From NCBI GenBank assembly GCA_028534125.1, contig CM052818.1:43464001-43528000 (forward strand): a stretch of DNA of 64,000 bases. The letters are read 5' to 3'. The notes under the pieces are model-generated. The model searched no databases, was not told the origin of the DNA, and worked only from the letters and a program-made list of their open reading frames with translations. Shown in pieces: positions 38,700-51,178 of this stretch (position 1 is its first letter; the number at the start of each line of letters is the position of its first letter). Both the position numbers and the translations under genes were made by a program. The stretch comes from Lama glama (taxonomy: Eukaryota).

Positions 38700-39205
38700 A
38701 GTATGTATGGTTCAGTATGATGCAGGGAGAACAAAGTAAAAATCTAGAAAAGGCAAAACCAATCTATGATGGCAGAGTCAGAGTATTGATTTCCATTAGC
38801 AGTGACGGCCTGAGGAGAACTTCTGAGGTGATCTTTGTTTTCCTTCTTTAGACATTAGTCCACCAGATACAAGCATTTTCCAAAACTCATCAAGGGTGTA
38901 CTTTCACTTGTGTATTCAAATGTATTAAAATTTACCTCAATTTAAAAATGTAAACAAATGGTGAAGTCTGTTTAATGATTTGAATGTTAAATTATTCAGA
39001 AAAGAGTGCACCAATGTCTACAATTTACTTTGAAATGCAAGGAAAATAACTTAGATTAATGGAAGGGTGGGGGATATGTAGAGAAATAGACCTGTGATGA
39101 AAAGTATGCTAACAGTACAATCGAGGTGCTGGAATACAAATATTCCTAGTAAAATTTTTCAACTTTGTTTTATGTTTGACTTTTGTTCTTGATTATGGGA
39201 AGATC
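38700..39205 (+). mobile_element. L1ME-type 3'UTR fragment
   Basis: ctagaaaaggcaaaaccaatctatgatggcagagtcag...gtctacaatttactttgaaatgc...aaaatttttcaactttg. Confidence 0.75.
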
Positions 39206-39229
39206 AAACTGACAACATAAAGTTTTTCT

Positions 39230-40220
39230 GACAACATAGAACTGAAACTTACATATTGACACAATGGAAAAATGACAGTGGAAATGTAAGGTGATTCGAA
39301 CACTTTGAAAAACAGTTTGTCAATTTAGTTAACATAGTTAACATACAAATTAACCATACCCATAATTTCATTTATTTTTATGAATTTACCCAAGGAAATT
39401 GAAAACATATGTCCAAAGGTCAGTGTCTTAGCTTGTGCTACTGTAAGAAAATATCATAGACTGGGTGGCATAAATAACAGAAATTTCCTTCTCACAGTTC
39501 AGAAGGCTCAAATTCCGAGATCAGGATGCCAGCATGGGCTTGCTGTGGTGAGAGTGCCATTCCTGGCTTGCAGATGGTCATCTTTCTGCTGCACTGTCAC
39601 ACGGCAGACAGAGTGAGCAAGCCCTCTCGTCTTTCTGCAGGGGCAGAAAGGACCCACCCTCAGGACCCCATACAAACCTAATCACCTCCCAAATGCCTCA
39701 TCTTTGAATACCATCATATTGGGGGTTAGGGCTTCAACATACGAATTTTGGGGGACAAAATTTAGTCCAGAGCAGTCAATATAAAAATATTTGTGGCAAT
39801 TTTATTTGTGAAAGCCTATAAAAATAAACCAATGTCCAGCAGGTGAATAGATAAACAGATGGTGATATATTATTATGGATAGTATTTAGTAATAAAGAAG
39901 ATTGAATTATTTCTATATGCAACAACAGGGATGAATCTCAGAAACATTATGCTGTGCTAGAGAAGCCAGGCAGCAAGAATATATATTGTAGATTCCATTT
40001 ATGTGGAAGCCTAGAAAAATATATGATAGCAGCTGGTCTTTGGCTGCCTGGGACCTTACTTGAGGGACTTGGGGAGGAGGCAAGGGGAATTTTGGGGATA
40101 ATAACAATGTTCTATATTTTGATTATGGTGTTGGTTATACAACTATACAGAGTTATCTAAGTTGAAAGGCATATTTAAGGTATGTGACTATTCTATCTAC
40201 ATTACATTTTAGTAAAACAG
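39230..40220 (+). mobile_element. L1M ORF2 end and 3'UTR, interrupted by MLT1A
   Basis: cactttgaaaaacagtttg, tttacccaaggaaattgaaaacatatgtcca, gcaacaacagggatgaatctcagaaacattatgct. Confidence 0.8.
39424..39774 (-). mobile_element. MaLR solo LTR, MLT1A-like
   Basis: TG...CA termini; 5-bp TSD GTCAG/GTCAA; catagactgggtggcataaataacagaaattt...ttagggcttcaacatacgaattttggggg. Confidence 0.9.
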
Positions 40221-40653
40221 CTAAAGAATAATGTGGGTAATAAGGTGTTCTGGAACTTCCTGATAATATTAACTTGAACTGTAGAGGAAAGGCATTTTAG
40301 TTACTCCAAGCCTTTCACTTGGTCAAAGAGAGCTTCACAGTTGTTCATAGACTCATGGGACTTCATAGTTTAGAATCGTAAACAAATTAATACACTCTGA
40401 AGATTCTGGGTAGCTAGGGTTTCTATATTTAAAAGTTAGAATTATCATATTGGGAAAGAGTTAATGGATAAAAACTAATAATTCACATTTACGTAGGACT
40501 TCAAAGTTTCTAAGTCTTTGTAAAATTTTATCAGTTAATGTTTATTATAACTTTTATATAGAAGACAAAGATATTTATAGCGATGTTTACATCTTGCCCA
40601 AGAAAATTCATTTTTATTTATTTATTTTTAAAATAATTTTTGGGACCAGAGAG

Positions 40654-40784
40654 TTTTTTTTTTTTCCTGGATTTATTTAACTATTTTTGGGAGGGGAGGT
40701 AATCAGGTTTATTTATTTATTTATTTTAAGGGAGGACCTCGTGCATGCTAGGCATGCACTCCTCCACTGAGCTATACCCTCCCC
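40654..40784 (-). mobile_element. tRNA-derived SINE, camelid vic-1-like, lacking the B box
   Basis: Reverse complement GGGGAGGGTATAGCTCAGTGGAGGAGTGCATGCCTAGCATGCACGAGGTCCTCCCTTAAAATAAATAAATAAATAAACCTGATTACCTCCCC...A12; TSD CCAGAGA (40646-40652, 40785-40791). Confidence 0.85.
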
Positions 40785-42484
40785 CCAGAGAAATTGTAAA
40801 TGAAGAAAAATTGAGCCCAAGTCTGACTGAATTTGTGGGTGGCTGGATAATTCATCAAGATAATTGTGCTTTTTCTGTTAAACCTTTTTGACAACAACTG
40901 AGACTTTCCATTGCTTCTGAAATATTTGTGTTTTGGGGTCAAAAACGTAAGTTAAAGCATAGGTTAAACAAGGCAGTTCTTATCCAGGATTCGCTGTTTG
41001 AAAATGTAGGATCTTTGAAGGGAAATACACTCAAGTATCTCTGTGTGGAGAGTGGAGTTGAGCTCTGAGTGAAACACACCGCTGATGTAACCATGTAAAG
41101 CTCAGCAGACATGCACGCGAGTCTATGTGCTTGTGGGCGTGTATGTGCTCTCTGTGTGGTGAACTGGACTTGTGGCACAGTGTGGGTTAAGTCAGTTTTA
41201 GTTATTGTTTTGCTTTCATATTATCTCTAACAGAAGAATATCTGAGCACAATGTCACAGAACAATTCCCATGTTCTGCCATGCTTCCTGAACGTTGCTGT
41301 CAGTGTTTTAGTGCTGGTTATAGGAAAAAACAAGTAAAATGGCTTATCCACAGTATTTTGCTGGTTTGATCTAATGTATGACTATTTTACATATTTACTC
41401 CTAAGAATTCTTTATTCTGTTATTACAGAGTGAAAGCTATGATTGGGTTCAGTACAAACATACACGCAGACATACATAGACATATACACCCACGTAAGAG
41501 CAAGTGCACATGTATATTTAATCCTTGATGTAAGTCCCTGGCTTCCAGATTCAAGTAGTACTGTTTGTTCTCACAACTTGACTGCAAAGATATTTGACAA
41601 TAACAGTCTTTCTCAAATAAGTGAGAGTCATCAGAAAGGAAGCAATAGAAAAAGAGCCAGTCACTCTAACTTCATAATTAAATACCAGGCCTGCCCACAA
41701 GTAGGATTGCTGTGGCCATAAAGAGTACTAGGCATGTTGGCCCAAACCCCCATCTCTTTAGTAGAAATCCAGTAAACATGAGTAATCAGCCTATTATAAC
41801 AAGTAGGTATATCCAGTTGACCGCAATTTACCTAAGCTGGATTCTCCTCTTATTCATAAAGCAGAGGAATTTTGCTGCTACTTTAAGTAGCCCTTGACTC
41901 CCCTCATGCTATAACTTCTTCCCTGGCCAGGCGTTTTTGCTCCGCTTTGACTCTACAGTGCCTAGCAAAGTGCCTGAGATAAGCCAGGCTCATGCATATG
42001 TTTTTAATTAAGCTCAACTCTCTGTGGTGCAGCCAAATGCCATTCTGTCCCAACAGTGGAACACTGTTGTAAGGGACACCTGTCAATCTGTTTTCTATAA
42101 ATCCCTATCTCACAAGTTGTAGGAGCCTACACAAACGATCTCCTTATAGAGAAGAATGCACCAACCATAACAGCCATAGCATATGAGCAGTCATTCACAG
42201 GAGCCAGAACCGGTGCTGTTCAGGGAAGACGTCTGGCTGTAATGAGCGTTTATGGGAAATTAAGGAATTAAACTGATCCTTCCAAGAACACCATCAAATC
42301 AAATTAACGTTTAAATAAATTCACTGAAGTCTGTGTCAGACTCAGACCAACTGAACATAGGGAGGGATGTGTTTGAGTGCTGAAGTGAAATAAAAATGAC
42401 ATAAAAACCTTTATAAGTAGGTGTGAGTCATGTGGTTACTAATGCAGATGAGTTATATTGGGGCTCTAATCTGAGAAGGGAGTT

Positions 42485-42720
42485 GGTGTAAGTAGCATGG
42501 GTTTGGAGTCAAACAGACCTGAGTTTTAATCAGTGGGCTCACCTTTGCAGGGGTGACCACCAGTAAATAATTGAACTTGACTCAGTCTCAGTTACTAATT
42601 CTGTAAAACGGAGAACACAGTATATAATATAAATACTCATTCTGAGTATAGACTGAAGCAATGTACCCAAAGTGCCATTATTTGTTATATAGTAGTTCAG
42701 TGAATACTAGCTGTTACCAT
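42485..42720 (+). mobile_element. MIR SINE (near full length)
   Basis: agcatgggtttggagtcaaacagacctgagtttt...agtctcagttactaattctgtaaaacggag. Confidence 0.8.
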
Positions 42721-42894
42721 AATGTTTGTTAACACTTTATATATAGTCACATATTTCTGATAGAAGGAATAGATTTTAGACAGATGTCTGATGTTTAGCT
42801 TTAGCAAGCCACTTAACATAAATGTATATGGAAATATTTAACAAACTATAAAGTTGTTTCCAATATAAGATGCTGGATAAAGTATGGCACAAAG

Positions 42895-45145
42895 TATTTG
42901 TTCACTTGATAAATATTTATTTAACACCCACCATGTGCCAGACACTTTTATAAGCATCTAGGAAAACACCAATAAGCAAGAGAACCAACCCCTGGCACAT
43001 AATATAATATAACGGGAGGATAGAAAATAAATAATTAAAATATACTGTTAACTATTTGTAAGTTCTAGGGAAAAAATATGTGTATTAAAAAGTATTAAAG
43101 TATTAAAGTATTAAAAAGAACCAGGGAAGTTCTCTGAGAAGGAAAGCTCTGGGCAGAAATCTGAAGGATAAAAAGAACCCAGTAGCGGAAAATTCTGCAG
43201 AAGCACATTCTAGGAGGAGGAAGTACAAAGGCCCTGAGATCGGGCTGTTGAGGATGGGCAATGAAGCCAGAGTGGTCAAGGGAAATAATGAATAAGGAGG
43301 CAAGTGATAGAAAGGGGGTCTGAAGGGTAAAGCAGGGCCTGATCATGTCAGATCTTGTCGGCTACAGTCAAGTTTAGACTGAGTTCCATGTCGGACCGTA
43401 AGTCATTGGAGGAGTTTAATCAGAGAAGTGACGTGCTCTGTTTTTAAAAGACAACCATGGCTGCTGTAGGGAAAGCTGATCAAGAGAGCCTGGTAACTGA
43501 AAACAAGGTGACTGCTTAAAGAATTATTTTAACTGAAGCAAGACAAGGCAGTGGTTTGGATTAGAGTAGCATTACTGATGGTGGTGAGAAATGATTGGGG
43601 TGGAATGTATGTGATTGATTTGAGCAGACTGGGATTTGCTAAATCAGTTGCTTACTGGGTGAGAGGCAAGCAGGAAATGGAAGAGTGACTTCAGTTAGGG
43701 GTCTAAGCAATCTTGTGCTGTTTATAAAGGTAATGAAGACTGTGAGGAGTGTTTTTGTGTTTTAAAGGAAAGAGTTTTGTTTTGAACATTAACTTGAAGC
43801 ACTAGACGTACAAGTGAAGATGACGAGTAGCAGACATATGAGTCTGGAATTTAGGGGATAAATAAGCGCTAGAGGTATTTGGAAGCCAATGGCATGTATT
43901 TACCATCTTAAGACTGTGTGAGATGGTTGAAGAAGTCTACGGAGTCAGGAAAGAGAAGCTAACGGACTCAGGTCAGCGACCCCACAACATCTAGAGACCA
44001 GGATGAAAGTGAGAAGCCAGAGAAGGAGGATGAACAGGACTTGCCAGTGAGGGGGGAGGAAATAGTCTGAATATTAAGTTGCTCCAGAATCTAAGAAGAA
44101 ATTCCAAAAAAAAGGGCAGTGATTAACTGTTTCAAAAGCTGTTGAAAGGTGAAGTAAGATGGACAGTAACAGTTGACCGTTGGATTTAGCAAAATGGAAG
44201 ATGTCTGTGAGCTTGACAAGAGCACTTTCAGTGGAGTAATAGAGTCTAAAACCTGATTATAGTGATTGACAGGAGAACGAAAGGTAAAAGATAGGTGCGT
44301 CCCCGTAAATAATTGGTTCTAGGAGCGTTGCTGAGAAAAGGAGTGGTGAGTGAATAGAAATTGGGGTTCTACAGATGATTTTTTTTTTCAGATGGCAGAT
44401 ATTACCATATTATTTGATGCTGATAGGAAAGATATAACACAGTGGGAGACATGAGTGCTTCACGAGACAATTGTATCAGTCAAGTCCTTGGGCAAACAAG
44501 AGGGTACAGAACCCAGTGGACACTGAAGAGTTGGTATTTAGAGTTGGTGTTAGGTAGAAATGGGGGTTATTTTTATTTTTTATTGTTTTATTTAACAAGA
44601 TATATGGTAGAGTGGGAGAAATATAGGGAGACTGATAAATTTGATAGTGAAATAGAGAAGATGGGACACTGTATTTTGTTTGCTTACATTTCTCAGTAAA
44701 ATATGAAGTGAAAAAATAAGAAATGAAGAGGTGATGCTAGTTGGACGAGGATGAGTGGTTTCAAGTAGCTGTCTTGGAGAAAGGGAAAATTAATTGACAA
44801 GAGAACTCCAGTGCTGTTGCCTAAAATATTGTGTGTGCTTACTTGAAATATGTGGTCAAACATTTAAAGTGAGAACACTCCCAGCACAGCTGTAAATTTT
44901 TCTTTCTGTATCACATTCTGCTGCTTGAGTGTGGAAAAGAAACAGGCAGATAGCTGCATTTCCTTGGAATTTGGTTTTTGTTCAGGGTGAGTGTATGATG
45001 ACGTTGGAGAAGGGAGAGTGAGGGTTTCCATACGGATGACATTAGGACGGGGACTGTGGAATCTCAGCAAGGTAAAAAAGTAGGCGCAGAGGGCTGATGA
45101 AGATCGCAAAATGGTAACAAGGATGGATTGAAGGTAGAGTGATTT
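42895..45145 (-). mobile_element. L2 LINE, ~2.2 kb fragment
   Basis: Reverse 3' end (aaatatttatttaacacccaccatgtgccagacac) then a long collinear L2 body (ttggatttagcaaaatggaagatgtctgtgagcttgacaagagcactttcagtggagt). Confidence 0.85.
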
Positions 45146-45710
45146 TTCTAACTCAAAGGATGAAAAACACACAGATATATGTTTTTCAGTATGTATCTCT
45201 TCTTTACACATATTAAGTTATGTAAATGGTTTAGTTTTGATTTTAAGTAAAATAATCTGTGTTTTAACTTAAAATATTCTAATAAATTGCATTTTCAAAT
45301 TCCAGATGATAAGCTGGCTTTACATATTCATATTTCCTTTTGGTCCAAGACTACCTTAATAATAATAAAATAAGAAGAAATGACCATAATCTAACATATG
45401 CCAATGAGTGTTTCTTATACAATTCTGGAAATGAAAAGTGGAAAGAAAAGAATTGACTGATGATGCAAAAGAAGTGTTAGCATTACAAGGGTGGCAGTAC
45501 ACTGTGAAGTGGGTAATCAGACAAAACTCAGGGAACCCTCCAGAGAATGAAAACACAAGGCAGGTTATAGGGAGAAGTGAGCCTTGAACAGAAAGAGAAA
45601 CTGATGCTCTATACATATTGGAAAATTAAGCCCCCAGCTTGATTCTCTAGCTCACATTTATGTGTAGGTTGGTCAGCAATGGCTTGACTTCCTACAAATA
45701 AAAATGAAGG

Positions 45711-45830
45711 AATAACGTATAATGAAAAAGAATATGTATACGAGTCTATGTGTGTATGTGTATGACTGAACTATTATACTATACACCAGAAATTGACACA
45801 TTGTAAACTGGCTATGCTTCAATTTAAAAA
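45711..45830 (+). mobile_element. 5'-truncated lineage-specific L1 3' end with poly(A) and TSD
   Basis: tataatgaaaaagaatatg...acaccagaaattgacacattgtaaactggctatgcttcaatt plus A-tail; 13-bp TSD AAAAATGAAGGAA/AAAAATGAAAGAA. Confidence 0.85.
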
Positions 45831-47159
45831 AAAAATGAAAGAACGAGGGAGGATCTCCCCTAAAAAAACCTAAACTATCTAGGAGAAATACGGCAGCTTA
45901 TGGAAATACTGTCATTCACATACTTTAGATTTCTCTAGGAGGAATGGCATGATAAAATGGAGAGCTATGGAAAGGGGAGTGTTGCTTTGCATTTTGAGTT
46001 CCGTAGTGCTATTTAATATTTTGCTGTCCTGATTCATTTCTTGGTTGGAAGCTAAACGACCATGGTATAAGGGATTGAAAAGTTTCATTAAGTACAATAT
46101 TGATTTTGAAGAGATGTGCATCAGATTTATGTAATGTGTGATTCTCTTTGTTACACTCTGGCAAGGAAGGTCAACAGAAACAAAATCTGAATTTGTATGA
46201 AAGTCGAGTTAGGTAGCACAAACTACTCCTGGACTTTAAAGCTAGAAGTGATTTAATACAGGGGAACAGGTGCTTCCAATATTCAGGGAAAACTAAAAGA
46301 GAAGGCTTCAGGTTGGACCTCTTGGAATGACTCCCACAGAACTTCAGTTCTGTCCCCCTCTGTGAGTGATGTAATGAGGTCACTCCTAGTCTCTGCCAAA
46401 ATTAAAACTGCTGCCTCTTAAAACCCAGGAAGATTGAGGATAAGTACCAAGAAGCTGGTTCTTTTCCACTTCTGCATCAAAACTGTTTCTTGTACCAGGA
46501 AGCTCGGTGATGGACAGTGGAACACTAATTTAGCAAAACCTCTGTTTTCTATAGCTTTGGCAACAGCAGCATTTGACTCCTAAAGAATCTAGAATAAATA
46601 TTAAAGCAGAATATAAAGTATAATATGAAAATCTTAAATAATTAAATGTCATAAAAATGTGAAGCAAAGAAAAAATCATCAAGCTGATTTTTAAGAGACT
46701 GAAATGGCAATCTTGAAAGTGAACAATATGTCACATTTGTAATTATTCCAGAAGTGCTGGACCCCCAAAGAAACATCTAATAAATGGTGTTATTTTCAAT
46801 GGTGATGTTTAGAACACATTAAGAAATAAAGCAAGATTGAGTGTGAAATGAGCCTTTCAACCCACCTCAGGCTTAGGACACTTGACGCCGTTTGTCACAG
46901 CAGTGCAAGACCCAGCCAGGCTTAAGGATGGAGGTCCTCCTGCCTCCCCTAAGTTGGAGTCCAACACCACAACTGACTTACGCATGCCAGCCTTAATTCT
47001 GTTACCAAACAGTTGCCCATGGAATTTACTCCGCTTCTTTCCTCATGGCGGTATTAGTAAGGAGATGGAGAAGCGTTAGTGTGAAATGCCAGTAGCTCCC
47101 AGCAATGTGAAAAGAATCAGGAATGAACAACATGTTTTTCCTCCCTCAACAAGTATATA

Positions 47160-47760
47160 ATAATAGAGAAAAAAGGGAGTAGCCATATCTGAGTAGATTA
47201 TAAGTGAGAAATACCTCAAATTGGAGAAAGACATGAATCATCAGAACTTGGAGGCACAAATAACTCCATGTATAAAACATAATTCTGCATATTTTAGGGA
47301 ACCTTCAGAATGCTAAATATGGAGATGTTAAAAACTGCCCCAGAGAAGAAAGATTGATTATTCACAAAAAAATGGCTATTAGATTGGTGAATTCCAGAAC
47401 AGGAGCCACATAATCTTTAAGAATAGTTAACTTAAAGTTGTTAAGAGGTAAAAACAAACCAACAAAAAATGAAACAAATCCTCTCAATTCAGAATTTGGA
47501 TCCAAATATACAATGACCATATGAAGAGATTATAAACTTCAAGAGTAATCACAAAGATTAAGATTAAAACAAAAGTGAGATACCTCTTTACAGTAATCAA
47601 ATTAAGACCTATAAAATGACAAGACGGACTGTCAAATCTGGCAATCCCAATTTCTGTATAGAATAAGATGTTGTAAAAGTCAGCTTTGGGACTGTTTGAA
47701 ATGTTTTCATGTACATGAAAACAAGACAAGTGTTTTGAAAACCAGGACAAGAATTATTAT
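47160..47760 (+). mobile_element. Old L1/HAL1 ORF1-like and L1 ORF2-end fragments
   Basis: aaattggagaaagacatgaatcatcaga (ORF1-like); aagattaaaacaaaagtgagatacctcttta (ORF2 C-terminal-like). Confidence 0.6.
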
Positions 47761-48344
47761 ACGCTAATCTCCTTGGGGTCTTGTGATTAAAATTTAGTAT
47801 GTTCTAATATTTGTTTAGTGATTTAAATTAGAACTGGAATTATTTATTGAGAAATACATACCTGTTTACTTAAAATATTTAGGAATTTTCTTTTTGTATA
47901 ACCGCAGGCTTTCAGCTAGTGGGGCCCACTCATTCACTGATTCAGGAGAATGAACTTTCCTGTTTCGCTTGTAAGGAAATTGTCTTGAAATGCTACAATT
48001 GTCTTCCCTTTTAAAATTTTCCTGGCTTAAGATTTTTCCCAATTTCTTACTCCTGGTTTACCCTTGTAACTGATCTCCTCTAAATCCCTTTCATTGTCTA
48101 ACTTCCTACACCTTCATTGTTGCCAAACAAAAGCCTTCATTTACTGGGTGACCCATTTAACAGTTCCAGTTTTGTTTTACTGAAGAAATAAAGAAAATAA
48201 TAGTTTTTTTTTTCCCTACTGTGTGTTCACACTGGTTAGGTGTGTTTGCAATGTCTAATCCATGGATTATTTTTATAGCCGAAGTGAACTTCAGTGTCCC
48301 ACTTTCCCATTTTTCTTATAGGGAACTGTATTTTATGTCTCTAT

Positions 48345-48850
48345 TCATTCATTCAACAAAAAATTATTTAGCCAATGCATAAGCCATGATATAAACTGGG
48401 CATTAATAATGAATAAAATGTGGTCCATTTTATATGCCTGTGTTGAGGGGCTTGGGGTATTTACAACAATAATATACAACAGTAAATAATAATACACAGT
48501 GCCATCATATTATTTGGTATAAACTAGGTATAGAAAAGGCACAACAAATTTGGTAAACAATTCAGAAGGAGGGATTTTGGAAAGATCCAAGGAGAAGTAT
48601 GGCATCCATGCTGGGTTAAATAATGCCTAGAAGTGAGGAAGGTTGACAAAGGGGGCCAATAAAATCATTCTACCCAGAAAAATTATTTTAAAAAATACCT
48701 AGAGACATTGCAGAGAGTGTATTAGAACTAGGAAGTGGGTAGCGGAGAGAAGTGAGAATAAGAGGATGAGCTATTAAGGAGGAAAGAGTGGAGCAACACA
48801 GCCTTAGAAGGCTTGGATGTGACGCTGAAGATTTGTCTATCAACATCCAT
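48345..48850 (-). mobile_element. L2 3' fragment
   Basis: ttcattcattcaacaaaaaattattt reverse L2 tail, then decayed body. Confidence 0.65.
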
Positions 48851-49574
48851 ATATGAGTAAGTGAAGGAGATAAAGGGGGCCTGCTGGATACTATATCACT
48901 CTTTCAGAAACAGCAGTAAGACAAAGACTTTTTCCCTCCAATCTCATGGCTTTTTCATTATTGTACTAAAAAACTATTCAGTTTTGCCAGGAGTCAGAAA
49001 AGCAGACCACAATTAAAATTTTCGAGTGGGCATACTTACTTTTTATGAACTCTTGTCTTCAAATCTTGCATCCTTTATTCTGACTTTGGACACTTTCCAA
49101 CTACTGGGGCTTGAATTGAGCTGGACATATTTCTGGGGTGTGAGGAAACAGCCTATTGCCTTGCCTGATTGATGGAGGAAATAAACAGAAGGCAATTTGT
49201 TCTTTCCTTGGAGAGCCAGACAGTAGCCACCATAATGTACAATTTAAGATGAGGGAGATGCCAGGGACAGGACAATGGATGGCGAGAGCCCACAACTTTC
49301 CCAATGGCAGGAGAGAAACTGTAAAAGCACTTACTGCTCATTTGCTGTGAAACCAGAAAAGGCATTTTCCCTTCTGCCTTTGATGTGAATTTGTCCTTTT
49401 CAAATAAAAGATCAAATATGCTATTAATGATTATACCATACATATTTTTTTCTTCTAGCTAATGTTTCTGTGTTTAACCACTGACACGTCATGATCTTTT
49501 TAACCTTGTATCCTACGCAAAGTTACAATATTTCATATCCCACAGTTGGGCTATGTATTTTAGATAATATAATT

Positions 49575-49800
49575 TACTAACATTTATTAACTGGTAACCA
49601 TGTGTGAGGCTCTTTCTAAGTCACTAAGTGAATTAAATCATTTTGTTATCACAACAATCCACTGAAATTCTTACTCAATAGACAGTTTGCAGAAGAGAAC
49701 ACACATAATTAGCAAGATACTTAGAGCGATTAATTTGCCCAAGGTAGTAATGCCATTATAGGTGTTCTGTGTCGAGACCTTGTGCATTTGACTACGAAAT
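49575..49800 (-). mobile_element. MIR SINE remnant
   Basis: ctaacatttattaactggtaaccatgtgtgaggc...cacaacaatcc...taatttgcccaagg. Confidence 0.7.
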
Positions 49801-50229
49801 CTCATTGATTTCTAAAAATTCATTCACGAATGAACACACACATATTTAATGCAGCTGTTTATAAATGACAATTACACAGACTGGAAATCTATATTAGGCA
49901 TGAAGAGAAATAATAGAATATTTAGTGAGTTAATTAACTGAGTGTTTTGAAAACAAAAAGACAAACATGATAAATAAGATCTGGGGAAAATGCATTGTAA
50001 TTGGGAGAAATGCAACTTAGAAAATGATGAATCCCTATTTATGAGCCTTATGAGTGTTCTCGTACACACACACAGATACGTAGATACACAAACATACACA
50101 CTTAACAAAACTTTGACATGCATACACATGTGTTGTGCACGTGTGTTCTTATTTGTATACATTCACTTATTTTAGTAGTTATATTCCCTCTCGTGGGAAT
50201 GGGGGAATATCTGTGTGTTTGTGTAAAGA

Positions 50230-50600
50230 ACTAATTATGTCAACATGGGTGAATCTCACAAACATAAAGTTGAAAACGGAAACCAAATTGCACAAAGGTA
50301 GATACAGTAGATCTCTTTTTATCTTAAATTTCAAAACTCTTCAAAAATTCACATACCTGAATAGATTCTAATGATATAATATGTGTGCATATGTAGTCAG
50401 ACTATAAGTACAACCGAAGGAATTATTGAAAATCCCATGATACTATCAGTGGTGCTATTTAGGTTGCACTGAAGGTTTGGGTTAGGGAGGGGCAGCGGTA
50501 TTTTAACGATCTTGATGATGCTCTTTGTTTAAAAAGAAGCATGTTGGTTTTTTGGACACTTAAGATTTATGTATTTTTTAACACTGAAGTCTTCCATAAT
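50230..50600 (+). mobile_element. L1ME-type 3'UTR fragment
   Basis: tcaacatgggtgaatctcacaaacataaagttgaaa...aaattgcacaaaggtagatacagta. Confidence 0.7.
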
Positions 50601-51115
50601 AACAACAAAAGTATAATGTCTGTAAAGTACATACTGCAGAGCTTGGCATACAGTAAAGGTTATTTCTTTACTAAATTACATTGTATAAAAGCACAAGATT
50701 ATCAGGAGTCACATCCATGTGCAATGTGCACACAACATAGCTTCCTGGGCAGAGCTAAAGCTGCGCCCTCGGAGACTAAGATTCACCATGATGTGCTGAG
50801 GTTCTCAGGACCTTGAACTTGCCTTTGTCACCCCAGATGACAAGTTGTAGAGTATCCACGTCACCATGGCCTATATTACATCCACCTCTGTGGGTTTCCT
50901 TTCCGTCTCTCCAGGGCATAGCACTTTTCCGCACATATAGAACAGACTCTGTAGATGCTTGTTCAATGAATTCATAAGCCAGTGAGTGAATAAAGTTAGT
51001 TTGTTTTTGTTTTAGTATTTGAGCTAGGTCTATTAACTTGAATAAACTATTCCTTTCCTTTCAGATTATTTTCTTTATTTCTAAATTAATAGAATCCATG
51101 CCATGGTCTCCAAGA

Positions 51116-51178
51116 TGCCACTAATGCTGAGCTTCATCGTATTGTTGCCACTAATGCTGAGCTTCATCGTATTGTTGC
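51116..51178. repeat. Perfect 30-bp tandem duplication
   Basis: TGCCACTAATGCTGAGCTTCATCGTATTGT at 51116-51145 and 51146-51175, followed by TGC. Confidence 0.95.

Noticed and set aside
40735..40784. tRNA gene
   Set aside because: tRNA-like head of a SINE; no T-arm/B box, followed by the SINE tail
43082..43116. (AGTATTAA)n short tandem array
   Set aside because: Local slippage inside an L2; no spacers
51116..51178. CRISPR-like repeat
   Set aside because: Two abutting copies, no spacer, mammalian context
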